Below are positions 49,006 to 62,244 of a stretch of DNA of 64,000 bases, in pieces. Made by a program: the position numbers and the translations under genes. The stretch covers positions 496,001 through 560,000 of the forward strand of contig CDLV01000015.1 of assembly GCA_001244265.2 (NCBI GenBank). Reading direction: 5' to 3'. The notes beneath the pieces are model-generated. The model did no database searches. It was not told the origin of the DNA and worked only from the letters and a program-made list of their open reading frames with translations. The stretch is from Microbotryum violaceum. Lineage: Eukaryota. Positions within the stretch are counted from its first letter, which is position 1. The number at the start of each line of letters is the position of its first letter.

Positions 49006-51372
49006 TTAAATATGCTCCTCGAGAATACGACGGGCACGAACGATGTCGTCCTTGGCGACGAGGATATTAGCGGTACTGAAGGTGGATTGGTAGAGGCAAT
49101 TGAGACCACCATTAACGAGTAGGCCCGCAAAGTGTTCGACGATACCATGGGTGTCTGTTTTCATACATCGCAACATAAGCCTCAACCACCGGAGATGATT
49201 CAAAAAATATTTCTTGCGCTTATACCACTTACCAAGTCCAAAGCTCGATAGGTCCAGTTGCAGACATTTGAGCAATTTGCCCGCATCCTTGGCCTGGAAC
49301 TTGCGGTCCCGTCGCTCGGCTTCGCGCGCTTCTTGCTCCCTCGTGCGTGATCGCGACTCGGACGACTCAGTCCCCGAATGAAGTTCCTCTTCCAGAGCTG
49401 TTTCCATCTGGACTCGATCGTGCTCGTTGCTGCGTGTTCGTTCCCTTCCGCGTCTTGGACTGAAGCCGCACTCGTCATCCGAACTTTCGTCGTCCGATCC
49501 GACACCGTCTTCGCCGTTCCAGATCGAATGCAGGCCACCAGGGCCAACAATGAAGCAGATCCCTTCGTCTTCGCCTTCTTTGAACACTTTTCGCAACAAT
49601 CTCACGTCCGCCATTAATGAAACGCCTTCAAGGGTTTGCGTCAGGGCGATGAAAGGAGTCGGATAATCGGCGTCCAAGGTCGAGAGGAACGAGGCCGCGA
49701 GCGGGTGGGTGTGCGACGAGATCGCCGGACTGAGAAGGGGGTTTGCTGACGAGCCACGGGCACCGCCACTGATGATATGACTCGTTGCTCGATTCGACGG
49801 TCGGCGGGACAGCGGGGGTTTGGTATAAGGCGAGGCCTCGCGCGTCGACGACTTTGAGTCCTCGAGCACGGTCGAGATGCGCGAGCGCGTCGGGGATACC
49901 GACACGGGCGGGCGACGTCCCGACGAGGATGCTCGTGGGGCAGGGAGTACACGTTCAGGGAAGAAGAGACATTCGACAATCTTGCTGCGCCAGAAGGTCT
50001 CGTGTTGTTGCGACAGCCCGATGCACACGAGTTCGTCGGGCAAGATCGTCAGGCTGTTACTCGAAACAAAATCTGCGGTCGTGATCGAGCGGGCGACTCC
50101 ACCAGGCGACATTGCGCCCGGCGAGTCGTTGAGTGGTAGATTCGTCTGCAGTAAAGGGCTCGAGGCTTCTCCCATGGATCGAGCGGGCGACATCGAGACC
50201 TTTTGCAGTGCTGCGGCGACACCGGTCGCGCGCTTGCCCAGACTGCCCGAGCGCGACATGGTCGCGCTTCCGTTCGGCGCCCTGCTGACACTCCCGGCGT
50301 GAGAACTCCCTTGGTCGCTCATGACCAGACTTCCACTCAGACTTCCGCTCATCCGAGCACTCCCACTCCCATGGGTTGAGTTCGAAGCAGCCCGTGCGCG
50401 GCTGCGACGGAAGGATTCCCCGCGGCGAAGATCCGTCGTCGACGCCGCCATCGTGTGGTCGAGCTCCTCGTCGTCGTCGTCGTCGTCGTCATTGGCAGTG
50501 AATTGGAAACCCGACTCTTCGAGTATCGATGTGACTGCGGCCAGCGAGTCTTCCATCACGAGCAGGAAATCCGAGTTGTAGGTCGAGAGGAACAAAATGG
50601 ACACCCCAGCGTCGGCGAGTGGGGAGGACAAATCTCGGATACGTCGTCCAGCTTGTTCTGAATGGGAGCGAATGGAGGAGAGTCAGATTGAGGCACTACT
50701 GCATTATTTCCCCACCCTTTACCGTGGTTGCTCTTACCCCATCCGTCGCCGTGGAATGCACATTCGAGTACGACCCAGACGTCGGCTCCGACCTGAACTT
50801 TTTCGTCTTGCTTGCGTTGCGATTCATCGTGCCTCTGTCCGGTGTCGTCAAACTCATCAAAACTCCTGCGCTTGCATGACTTGCTCGCGTGGTCCTCTGT
50901 GCGTGCTCCGGTTCCAAGGGTGATTCCGCTCTCGTTGACATCGTCCGGGTCATCGTCGGGCCGTCGAGAGCCATCGTGGCCGTCGTCGTCTGCCGGATCA
51001 TCGTCCACCTCGTCAAGATCCGAGTCGCCGGAAGAAAATCGACCGTGGAAAGGTGGATGTCGTGAAGGCTCCTGGATGTAAGCCCCGAAAGACGATCGCA
51101 CGGCCGAGGTGCTGGCGAACAGCGACACCTCGACCTCGTTCGAACAGAGCGAGAAGAAGGGATCCGGTCTGTGGGCAGGCACGGCGTAGTCGAGGAGAGA
51201 TGAGCGTGCACTCAAATATACCCGAAATGTGTTCTCTGGTCACTCACTCTCCCCTGAACCACCAACAGTCGAGGATGGGGGCCATGAGCGACTGCAGCTG
51301 CTCGCGAGGCAGGCGCACGAGCAGCAGTCGGGCTGGCAGGATTGTGATGGTCGTCGAGGTGGGGGCCGACAT
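49006..51372 (-). CDS. CASTOR/GATS-like ACT-domain protein with large low-complexity insertions; multi-exon
   Basis: FFSLCSNEVEVSLFA, SSPLADAGVSILFLSTYNSDFLLV, FIALTQTLEGVSLMAD, CLQLDLSSFGL|..HGIV..L..GGLNCLYQSTFSTANILV. Confidence 0.8.
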
Positions 51373-52468
51373 GGCTGTCGACGAAGGCTGTATCGCGGGC
51401 CCCAGTGGCTGGCAGAGATCCTGACAAGCTTGTGCTCAGTCAGACAATCGTCAGCAGAGTCCGGTCGGATATGCCTTGGTGCGATTGGTGCTGCGCGCTC
51501 GGTCAGGGAGCTTGGGGACGAGGGTCGCCTTCGAACCTTCTTGTGAGCGCGACTCGGTGTTTTTGACTCGGAGACGATCGGCTGAGACCCCCGTTTTCAC
51601 AAGGTTGGATCGCCGACGACGTGCCTGTCGGTAATAATGGTGGGGCCAGATACTTGCTGCCGAGCGAGCTAGATTTCCAGAGCGCTCCAACACGTTGAAA
51701 GACAGACGAATTTCTAGGAATTTATCCGGAAGTGCCGACAGAGAGAGACCTCTAGCTTGCCAACTTCTGATGCGGGATGCCGTCGGAAACCCCAAAAGGC
51801 ACTGGAGCCACCGGTTAGCCGATAGCAATAAGGCCGAAGCACCTATGCACACCAAAGTATTATCTTGGACACTTATTGCAAGTTTACCGTGGGCTTGACC
51901 GGTTGACCATACCAATGCCGCATGCGCACGGGGCCTTTTAAGATAATAGATGGCCGTCAGGTAGCACAGTCCATGGGGAGATGCGAGTACCAGAACGATT
52001 GTTTGGATTTTGACCCTGGTACCACTAGAAGTTTCGTTGGCAAGTTTAGTTTTCGACGACCCTTCAATGCAACGGCGCAGCCTGTCCAGAAGAAGGGAAA
52101 AAAGGGGGTAGTAAGTATAGAGTAGTGGTGATAAAGAAACCCGTAGCCTCGCACCGGAGGCGTTTTGCCTTTCGGGCGGTGCTGGTCAGGGGTCGAGCGC
52201 TATCAGAAGAACTGCGATTAGTCGGTGTCGAGGTGCCGGCTTCACGGCGTTCGGCTTTCCACCTCGCCGGAGGCGATCCCTCGCGAACAGAGCCAGTACC
52301 TTCTCTGGGCTTCTCTCCCACCTCCGCACGCACTTACACACCCGCACGCGCCCGTACACCTACTCCGTACACTCAGTCAAGCTAAACACACGTACTGCAC
52401 GTTCTATCTACCTTTACACCACCCTTCGACCTCCGCCCTCCCCCTTCTCAGCAAAGGGCCCGAAACCA

Positions 52469-54015
52469 ATGGCGACTCCCAACAAAGACTACGATGCCGT
52501 GCGCAAGGACATTGCCAAGGTAATCCCCCGCCCCGATTACGACGATGGGTCAGCTGGACCCGTATTGGTTCGCCTGGCTTGGTGAGTTGCGGGTTGCTAT
52601 TGGTGCTTCGTATCTGTCCGGGCGCTGCGATCGTCGTGACGTTGCTCGACTCGGTGCTGACCATCGGATCCGTGGTGGGCGCGGGCAGGCATGCGTCGGG
52701 CACTTACGATGAAAAGACCCAGACAGGAGGCAGCAACGGTGCTGGGATGCGGTAAGCTTCGATTTGCCATCTTATGGTTCCATGCGTCCACGGTGGTCGC
52801 TGGTACCGAAGTTAACCATGTCCCTTATAAAACCGTTTTGCCACACCGACCGACTTACCGATCGCTCGCTCGCGCTTTCACGCTCATTCGGGCCACCCAC
52901 CTTTAGCTACGAATGCGAAGGCGGTGACCCAGCCAACGCGGGCTTGCAACACGCCCGTGTCTTCCTCGAACCCGTCAAGGAAAAGTATCCTTGGATCTCG
53001 TACGCCGACCTGTGGACTCTCGCCGGCGTCGTCGCGATCAAGGAGATGGGCGGCCCCGACATTCCCTGGAAAGCCGGCCGCACCGATTTCATCGACGACT
53101 CCAAGGTTCGCACTCCCGGTGTTATTTGGTTGCGTTGATCGCCCTAATTCCGCTAGGCTGACTGTGATCCGCTCTTTACGTCAAACCAGTGCCCTCCCCG
53201 GGGTCGATTGCCCGACGCTGCCCTGGCTTCGGACCACTTGCGAGACGTTTTCTACCGGTAAACAGATTTCTGCCCGCCAGAGCTCAGATACTTTGATTCA
53301 GAATTACCGACTGACTCGTCCCTTATGACTTTTAAGAATGGGCTTCAACGACCAAGAAATTGTATGCCTGTCCGGCGCACACTCGCTCGGAGTAAGTTGC
53401 TGTCGTAAATGCTCGAGGTCTCGGCGCAGCAGTTGACGCACCCCACTCTTCCGAATCGCAGCGATGCCACAGCGACCGATCCGGCTTTGAAGGCCCCTGG
53501 GTGAGGCTGTAATCCGAATCATTTGTTGTGGCAAATCCCCATCTCACCTCACCCCACTTTATGTCCATTAGTCCATGTCCCCGACCAAATTCTCGACGCA
53601 GTACTACCGCATGTTGACCAAGTTCAAGTGGGAAAAGAAGGATTGGACCGGACCGTTCCAATACAAGAATGAGGATCTCGGCGAGGAGCTGATGATGCTT
53701 CCGACCGACTTGGCCTTGTTCGAGGACCCCAAGTTCAAGCCCTGGGTCGAGAAGTACGCCGCCGACAAGGATTTGTTCTTCTCGGACTTCTCCAAGGCGT
53801 TCGCCAAGCTGATCGAACTCGGTGTCGATCGATCCGAGCCCGTGAGTGTGGATTTGTACAGTGGCGTGGTACGTCAGAGATCGAGCGATTGTGCTGATGG
53901 CCCTATAATCATTCCACAACAGTACAAGCCCGCTCCCAAGAAGAGCGACGAGTTGGGTGCGCCCGAGCACGGAGATGGCCTCGGCCACAAGGGCGTTGGC
54001 AAGGCCAAGCTTTAA
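52469..54015 (+). CDS. Class I heme peroxidase (cytochrome c peroxidase family, Ccp2-like) with PTS1; multi-exon
   Basis: [67 protein letters not shown]; no N-terminal presequence; ends KAKL*. Confidence 0.93.
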
Positions 54016-54285
54016 GGAGTACCTTGAGATGTAAATTACGTGGAGATTAGAGATCAAGTGTGGACCGTAATTGTAAAAGCGATTATTGACACCACAATCG
54101 ATGTCATCGGTAACGGGTGATCTGGCATGAGGGGGAAAACGTAATTGTCACATCATTGCGGGCACAGCGTTTAGAAAATTCTCACAGACAATAAATAAAA
54201 TAAACGGATATTGAAACAACCCCTTGGCAAACACAAGAACAAGACAGAGGCACCAAAGCCGCGTACTCGTACTCCGAATTCGGTT

Positions 54286-57200
54286 CTAAGCAATATGTAC
54301 GATATGCGAAGCTCGTTCACTTCCATAGACGACCTCGATATTCATCTCATCGCCCTTCCACTCTCTTGCAGCAACCGATCCGCGCACGTACACGAGCGAG
54401 CCAAGCACGACGTTGATGTCCCGCAGCGAGGCGTCGACCAAGTCCAACTCGATGTGACTGACCGCGCCGAGCTCGCCGTCAGTCGCGAGACCCGGTACGG
54501 CGTCAGTGGCATTCGCAACGTCACGTTTGGCAAACAGCCTCGCCGAGGAGCTGCGGAACGCGAGCTTGCCCCCGCGCTTCGTCGAAACGCGGATCGACGC
54601 CCTGGCGACACGCGGCGACTGCACGGCGCGGATGAAGATGAGGTCGAGGCCGTCGAAGGAGCCGTCGATCGAGCCGCGCAGGTCGAGGTCGCGCACCTCT
54701 TCGTGGCTCAATTCGGCGCGAGAGCGGTACACGTAGTGCGACGGCGCCTCGAGCGTCAGGCCCGTCCCGAGCGACGGGGTTCCCAGCTCTTTCTCGCCCG
54801 ACGAGAGGTAGCCGATGCGGCGCGGGATGCGCAGCTCGAAGCGCTCAAACGCTTCGGCGATGATGGACCCCGGCTGGATGCGCAGATGGTTCGTCATCTT
54901 GCCAAAAAGGTGGATCGACCAACTCTTTTCCGCGATCGCGCGCAACTCGGCCGAGGCCTGGCCTTGGGGCAGCCGTTTGACGAGCTCGTGCGAGTTGATC
55001 CAGTTGCGCGGGTACAGGACGTTCGGAGGCACGATCGTGAAGCCGTTCAACTCGAGTTGGCGACGGCGCGACTTGACACCGAGCGTGATGGCGCGCGGAC
55101 CGACGCAGTTGAAGCAGTCGACGCGGTACGTTGACGGCGAGAAGGCGGACTCCATGATGTCGTGGAATAACGTCCAACCGCGGCGGAACCGCATCACCCC
55201 AGGGGCAAGGTACATACCGTCCTCGTCGAGCGTCCAGTCGAGATCCGAAGCGACGGTCGAGTAATCGGCGCCGATGAACTCAACGTTGGAGTCCGGCGGC
55301 GAGCGCACCCAGGGAGCGTCCATGTCGAGGTATGTGCCACCGAACTTGAACAGGAAAAGATAGCGAAGGTAGTCGGTCAGGTGCGAGTAGCTGCCGGGGA
55401 TGGAGGACAAGCCATCATCAGTTTTCGGTGCAACGAGATCTCGATCTACGCAAGGGGGGGGGGGGATGCCACACTCACAAGCTCGGCCCTTTGGCCCATT
55501 GCTCCCATTCCTTGAGCCACTTTTCGCTCTGCGGCCCCAAGAACCACCCGTTCTGCAGTAGCTCGACCCCACCGATGCGCACGACATGGATTGAATAGCC
55601 GTGCTGGGTGTAGTCGTGAAAGAAGTCGAGCGGCAGGGACGTCGACATCATGAAGAGCACGGCGCGCGGTTCGTGGGCCCAAATGGATTCGATCGCCTGA
55701 TAGTGGCGCTCCTGGAACGTGTCGGGTCCCGTCGTCCAGCACAGCATGTGCAAGAGGTGCCAGTCCTCGGTATGAGAGAACGTCGACGAGTGCTGTGAGA
55801 GCAAGCCGGGGATGACCCACGGGTCGTCGGAGCTGCCGAGGATGTACGGTGGGGGTGGGGCCTTGACGGGCGCCTCGAGCGAAGCGATCTGCGCCGCCGG
55901 GCGGTTCGACAACGTCGCCCCCTTCATCTCGTCGCACATGAACCCCCAGTCGCGCCAGTGGTTGTCGCGCGAACGACACGACGGGTAGCACACACCGCAC
56001 CACCGCGTCAGGAACCCGTCGCAGAGCTTGCGGCCCGCGACGATGTTGGCGTACATCTCCCTGGGCCCCAGCCCGTTCGGCTCGACGTACTGCCCACCGA
56101 AGTGCTTGGCGACCATGTCGTTCTCGCAGACTTGCGCCTGCTGGATGCGTCGGTCGTGGATGGGGCGGATTCCACTCGGGTACACCCACAACCCTAGGTT
56201 CTGGTCCTCGTTCATGACAAAGAGGCGCGACGCATCAGGAGGTGCGATGAGCTGCACGAGGTCGCGCGACAAGATGTGCAGCGCGCCGGCCGTGTAGGGG
56301 GGGAACGACGAGAGGTCGTACGCAAAGTCGGCATTTTTGTTGGAAGCGTCCTTGATCGCGGGTATGTCCCTGCGGCCAAACATCTCTCGTTAGCAACTCA
56401 CCCTTCTGCGGACGTCCCATCGAGGAGGAAAACTGACCAATAAGCAAAGCCCTTCCAATATTCCCGCCGCCGCCCGAGAGCGATGAACTCCTTGGCGAGC
56501 ACGTCCATGCGCAAGAGAATGTCGTCGTCGGTTTTGAAGACGTAGTCGACGTCGAGTTGCCCCGCCCACTTCCACCCTTCGTAGATCTTTCTGCTCAGAT
56601 CGGCGTAGCTGTCGTGCGCCGGCACGAGCAGCAAATCGCCGTTTTGCGCCGCTTCGGCTGCGATCGCGGGCCCCTCACGAGCCGCGGTCTGCGGGGAAGG
56701 GGCGGTGCCCAGGAGAAACCGGTACGTCACCGAGATGGTCGACGAGGATTTGGGGAAAAGCAGGACCGACGACTCGCGGAAGGTCTGTCGGTTCGCACGC
56801 GAACGGTTCGTCCACGACGACGTGACAAGGATGACGATGCGCATGTCGGCGTTGCGGTCGAGGTCGACGATCGTGAGCCCGTGGGTGACTCCACCGGACC
56901 CGACCGCGCTGTTGAGTCTAAGCCGACCGAGGTCGACGCCCCCACCGCCGTGGTACCGCGCCACGAACTGCTGCCCCAGCAGCGCGACAGTCGTAATCCA
57001 GCCCAGGACGGCAAACGGCACCATCGTGCCCCACAGCACCCGCTTCCAACTCAGCGCTCTCTCGCCTTTGCGAAACTTCTCGGAGCGCACCGGCGGTCCG
57101 ACGACGGCTTGCACAACATACGACAGGAGCTGCCACCGTTGATGCCCACGCTGGTCCTTGCGCTCGACGATGTTGCTCGTGACCCAGATCTGGATGACAT

Positions 57201-58766
57201 TCTGCGGAGACGCAGAAAAAAAGCGTCGATTTGTCAGATCCTTGCAGTTCCTGGTGGCGGCACACGAAATTCCACCTACTGAGAAAGCTGCCGTCGAGGC
57301 GCAGACGAGCCACGCCGCGACGGGCTGGTCGAACGAGAGCACGCGGTGCGTTGTGAGCGTCAAGGGCCAACAAATTGCTTGCAGACTAAAGACCCGCACG
57401 ATTGTCGGCAGTAGCGAATAGTACACGAGCCACCGCCGCAGGAGCCCCCGGGCGAGCGAATGGCTAAAGTAGGCGCATGCGAGGGCCCACATCCCGGCGA
57501 GAAACCAGTCGAGTCGCGTACTACGAGCCTGGGTCACACCTGCCGCCCTCCCATAGTCAATCCAGGTCGACGAAGCGGGCACGAGCGGTGCGGGGGAGTA
57601 AAACCGATGCACAGCGTAGGCGAAGCCAAAAAACGAGGGCAGGACGGAAAAAGACTGGATGAAGTGAAAGAGCAGCGCCCACCGCCGGGAACGGGGCAGG
57701 AATGGGCCCGGTGGCCGCGGCGGTGGAGGCGTGGGTATTGGATTCGATGAAGTCGGTAATGTAGACTGTACGAAAAGCAAGGTGAGACATCAAACATCAG
57801 CGCTGCCCTCCGCCGAATACAGGGGTGAGACGCCGCTTCGCCGCGTTCACTCACGGGGGTATCATTGTGGTCGCCGCCGGTCTCGCCGCCGCCTCCATTC
57901 TGCGCGACCGTTCGGGTCCGCATCCCTGGGTGCTCAGTACCTCTCCTGTACACCCCCGGAGTCGTTTGTGCACCCGTGGCGTGCGCGAGCGGGGCGGCTG
58001 ACGCGTCGAGGAGCGTCGCTCGTGCGGTCGAAGACGCGTGTGCGGAGGCCGATGCGCGGAGTTTCTTACTCGTGCGTGGCCGGAACTGGATCGCTTCTTC
58101 TTCGAGCTCTTCGTCGTCGGGGGTTGGGGGTTGGTTCTCGTAGTACAGGCTCAAACATTGCGAGCCGCCGTTGCGGTGGTGATGGCGGGGCTCGCCCTGG
58201 AGTGGGTAGAAGTGGACCTCCTCGTCGGCGCCGGTGTCGACGTAGCTGCGCGAGTGGGCAAAGGTCAACGAGCTCGACGACTGGCGGGTCTGCAACGATG
58301 GTCGGTGCGAGTGCCCGCTGTGGGACGACAAGGATGAGGAAGCGAGGGAAGCGACGTCGTAGTGGTGGCCTTGACCTTGACTGTAGATGTGGCTGTGGCT
58401 GTGGCTGTGGGCGTTCGCGTGGCCGATGCTGTCGTGGATGATCCCTCGGCTCAAGCTCGAGGACGGTAGAGCCGTGAAGGAGAAGTTGAGATTCGGCAAC
58501 GACGGTACGCTTCGCGAGCGCGGCGGGCCTTGCGCATCCGAGTACGGCGGCGGCGGCCCCGTGTTCGAGGTCGACGACGAGTCGCCGGCCCCCGGAATTG
58601 TGCCAGAGCTCAACTGCGGGTGCGATGAGGACACCATCGAGCCTTCGCTGTGGGCGAGCGAGGAAGAGGGACCCGGGCCAGCAGCAGCGGGTGCGAGCTC
58701 GCCTAACGAAGTTCGGGAGCTATTGCGACTCCTCGATCCAAAAGCGTGTGTTCGAGTCGGTGCCAT
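54286..58766 (-). CDS. Multidomain membrane protein: Eos1-like transmembrane domain + GT31 galactosyltransferase-like domain + GT32 DxD domain; multi-exon
   Basis: LARGLLRRWLVYYSLLPTIVRVFSLQAICW (Eos1-like); YRFLLG..GDLLLV..DSYADLSRK..YVFKTDDD..FPPYTAGALHILSRDLV..NEDQNLGLW (GT31); SHLTDYLRYLFLFKFGGTYLDMD, CVGPRAIT (GT32). Introns rejoin these in frame. Confidence 0.82.
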
Positions 58767-61309
58767 TGGTGCTTGGGGCAGGTATCGTCTACGGGGTATG
58801 AGGTGTTCGAATTGCCTGTCAGATCGGACGACTCTGTGGTGCAGACGATCTGGTTCAGTCTTCTGGAGCTCGGCGGATCGCAAGCCTTATGGACTGAAGG
58901 TCGCAGTGACCGTTCAAGCTGACCGGTACGGAAGAACTAGGCTAATGGCTGTTCTGGTGAATACTCACCTAGAGCGGTGCTAGTTCTGTGAAATGCTGTA
59001 CCACTCCGCCCCGTTGCGACCGACTGCCTCTCGTCCGTTGTCGCCGAGAGCTCTGGCCAGGGACGACGCGGGTCGTGCAGTCAGATGCAGCAGTCGACAG
59101 CGCAAGTGGATCGTGCCCGTGGTCCCGAACCGTATTGTACACAGGTCCTTTTTCCGCCTCGGTCGGACAGGGTCACCGATTGAGGACGGACAACGAGGCG
59201 ATTAGAGACCGGCGGATGCTAATCGGAGCCAAACCCTCCCAGGTTCCCCGAGTCGCTCCCAGTTCGTCAAGCTCGGGGAAGAGGACCGTGCGTGCACTGT
59301 GGTCGAGGTTTCCGACTTCATGCCCGGGGGCCCGCTCATTTTCAGCCTCACCAGGGAAGCTCGTCCTGAAGCTTTTGTTTTGTCGCTCTTATTGACACAT
59401 ACAGCCTGGAAATACGAAGTACCCATCACCTGATGCAATCGCGATGGTTGTTGTCGGCGCGAATTTGAAGGACCAACCGCCGGCGAGTTGGGCCAAGGAT
59501 ATCGTTTACATCCAGGAACTTCAATGAGATGACCATTGAAACCCAGACGCGCAGTTTTGCCTGCCCATGCACAAGCATGATTTACTCGAAATACGAGCTA
59601 CTATTTTGTGGCAGCCCACGACCGACTGTCCTTCTACTAGACCAAGCAGCCGGATCACTTCCGAAGCTGAAGGTGTCTAGATTCCATTCATTGGAGTTCC
59701 CTGGGATTGATCTTCATTCTTTATTCCGTTTACTAGCGTGTACTCGCGGCGTCAAAGCTCTCTCAAGTCACAGTGAGCCCCGCATTCAGCTCCGTGTCGG
59801 AGTTCGCAAATCAAGGTGGAAACGAGGTCGTCCCAGCTCGAACGAAGGTGGTTGAGCGTGGCACAAGCACTGTACTGATAACGGTATTCCCGACTCTAGG
59901 GATACAAAATTCCCTCATAACATTACACCCTCGGAGCTCGATGTGCTTGCTGAGAATTGAACGAGCTTTATCAACAATGTGTTCGTTCTTGCCGATAGGT
60001 GATCGTTGATCTCGATGTGGGGTGCACGGTCCCCTGTCCGCGATTTCGCTTCAGATCCTCGGCGCGCTCGGCTCGGCGCTCGGCAGAGGTGGAGAGGGGG
60101 GGGGGGGGGGTGACGTTATGCCGTGGCATCATATCGTCTATGAGATGACCTACTTTTTCAGGTGCGCCCCTCCGCACCCAAGCCAGCAACCTCCTCGAGC
60201 TCGTCGCTTCTCTTTATCTCCTCCCTGCGCGTCGTCGACGCGCTCTACACTTTGCCGCACCACTTCATCTTGCCGACACCGCGCCCTTTTCAAGACGATA
60301 CGAAACAGTGGCCATTTTAGTGTGGTAGATAATGTCTTTCAATCCTTCCCATCGTCCCAAGTGTGAGCTACCACCTAGCGTGCGGGTTCGGGTCGCAAAC
60401 GGTGATGCTGAGTCCTCGATCCCGCGTACCTTCAACCCGTCTTGTATCGTGTTCTCCCATCTCACCTTCCATCTGTCATCGCCGGCCTCCATCATCCTAC
60501 CCCATCCCACCTTTTACCTCTCACTGCAATGTTGAACAGCGCCCACGGCACTTGTTCTATGGTATAGCAAAGCGGTCGATCAAAGATGATATGGAAAGAT
60601 AAGGGGAAACGATGGAACCGAGACCGAAGACGAGGGAGACGAGAGACGAGAAAGAAAGAGAGCGACTGGAACGGCCGAGAGGCGAGACAAGAAAGGGGCC
60701 CAAACCGAGAGACGAGACCGAGTACGAGAACGAAATGCTGAGACTGGAGACTGGAGACGAGAGACGAAACCTGAAACCCGCAGAAAGTGAGTGTCAGAGT
60801 GTATATTGCTGTTTCATCCCACTTCTATTACCGATCACGATTAGTTACTAGTTGTTGATATTAGTCGCCTCGCGCGGCTATTGCTTGCCTCGCGCGCTCC
60901 TACTCTGCGCTTCTCTTCTTTCTCCAACTGTCTTTACTATCATCCTCGGCTCTCGTACTAAACGTATCTCGTGCCTCAGCTTTAGGTTTTAATAGTGAGA
61001 ACCAGTTAAGATGCTGTGTTGGATCGTAGAAGTGGTCTAGCTAAGGACAAGAAGCAAACTCCCCTCAAACGTTCCGACCATTCAAACCGCTGCGCTCCTT
61101 TCATTCCCCTTCATCCCTTCATCCGCGCATCCGGCCCGGTCTTCCACTCAAATTCCGCCACGTGATTCGTCTGACAGTCAAGTCCGAGCCACCAAAGTAC
61201 TGAGTTTATCCGGGACCGCTTAACCGCTGAAAAATCTGCGACAACCGGCGTTTGGCAGATCCTGCCCGGACTAGTGGAAATTGAAACGACTCCCGACTCG
61301 GCCCTCGAA

Positions 61310-61572
61310 ACGACTTCGGAATTCGACCCTGCTTCGACCAACACGACTTCGGAACTCGATCCTGCTTCGACCGAAACAACTCCGCTACAACCGCTGCTTC
61401 CGACGGAATTCCAAGTACCACAGACCCCGCCAAAATAATGCGACCCCGCTACAACCGGAATGACTCCTGACGGGGCCCGCTATGTCGGAAATGTCTCCCG
61501 CGGAATCCCGAGACAACCTGAGTCCGGCCCGCTATGTCGGAAATGCCTCCGACGGGATCCCGGGTACCACAG
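61310..61572. repeat. Degenerate compound minisatellite
   Basis: 33-bp unit x2 (61310-61342, 61343-61375), a 20-bp GGCCCGCTATGTCGGAAATG at 61474 and 61526, and additional shared fragments (ccgctacaaccg; gtaccacag). Confidence 0.75.
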
Positions 61573-62190
61573 TTCCTGACCGCTTCCAATCTGGTCGTAC
61601 GTCATAAAACTTTGCTTGAGCCCTTGATTGGTCGATCGATCGTGCTCGCGGGCCCTTGATGACAAGCGAGGCAGTCTCAACAAGGGGCTGACAACTCGAT
61701 CCTTGTATTCACTCTCCACACTAGCCTCCACCGTTTCGTCAGTTCGGCGCAACGTCTGAGGTCGATTTCACCTTCGGATTGAAGAACGCCCTCGATACCT
61801 TCATCACAAACGAGTGCGCTTGCAGCCTAATTATGTTGCAAGAGGTAGCATAGTTCAGTTTCCGCATCAACCCCCAGCTACACATGGTTTACAGGTCATC
61901 TCCCAAAGGCAGTCGACACTTTTTGTTTGTTGTCTTGCTTTTCTGTTGTTTCAGAGTGGTTCCTATCGGCTCGAGCTCTGTAGCGGCGCTAGTACGCGGC
62001 AGCCGACTCGTCCATGATCAGACAGTGCCTGGTCAGATCTGACATACATCATTGAGCGTCCCTCGTTAACGCTTTTCTCGTTTCCATAGTGTTTCCTTTG
62101 TTTTTTGTATTTTCGGGTGCACCTATCGCAATGCGCATACACAGTGCCACGGATTGAAATATGTACTACATAGTAAGCGCGGAGCTCGAG

Positions 62191-62244
62191 GGAATAAGCG
62201 CTCCAGTCAAAACTTCCGGACGTCCCGGAATAAGCGCTCCAGTC
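62191..62244. repeat. 18-bp direct repeat (GGAATAAGCGCTCCAGTC) with 36-bp period upstream of the bZIP gene
   Basis: Exact copies at 62191 and 62227, with the inverted repeat ttccgg-acgtc-ccggaa between and overlapping them. Confidence 0.75.

Noticed and set aside
54211..55134. 307 aa plus-strand ORF (and similar ORFs opposite MUB1, WDR44 and the CENP-B-like gene)
   Set aside because: Antisense to well-supported genes; long stop-free shadows are expected at this GC content.
60090..61080. Poly-G tract followed by TG as a polypurine tract plus LTR
   Set aside because: No matching CA terminus or target-site duplication and no gag/pol remnants, so not called a mobile element.
61310..62244. Spaced direct repeats as a CRISPR-like array
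   Set aside because: Only two copies per unit, heterogeneous units, eukaryotic context and no cas genes.
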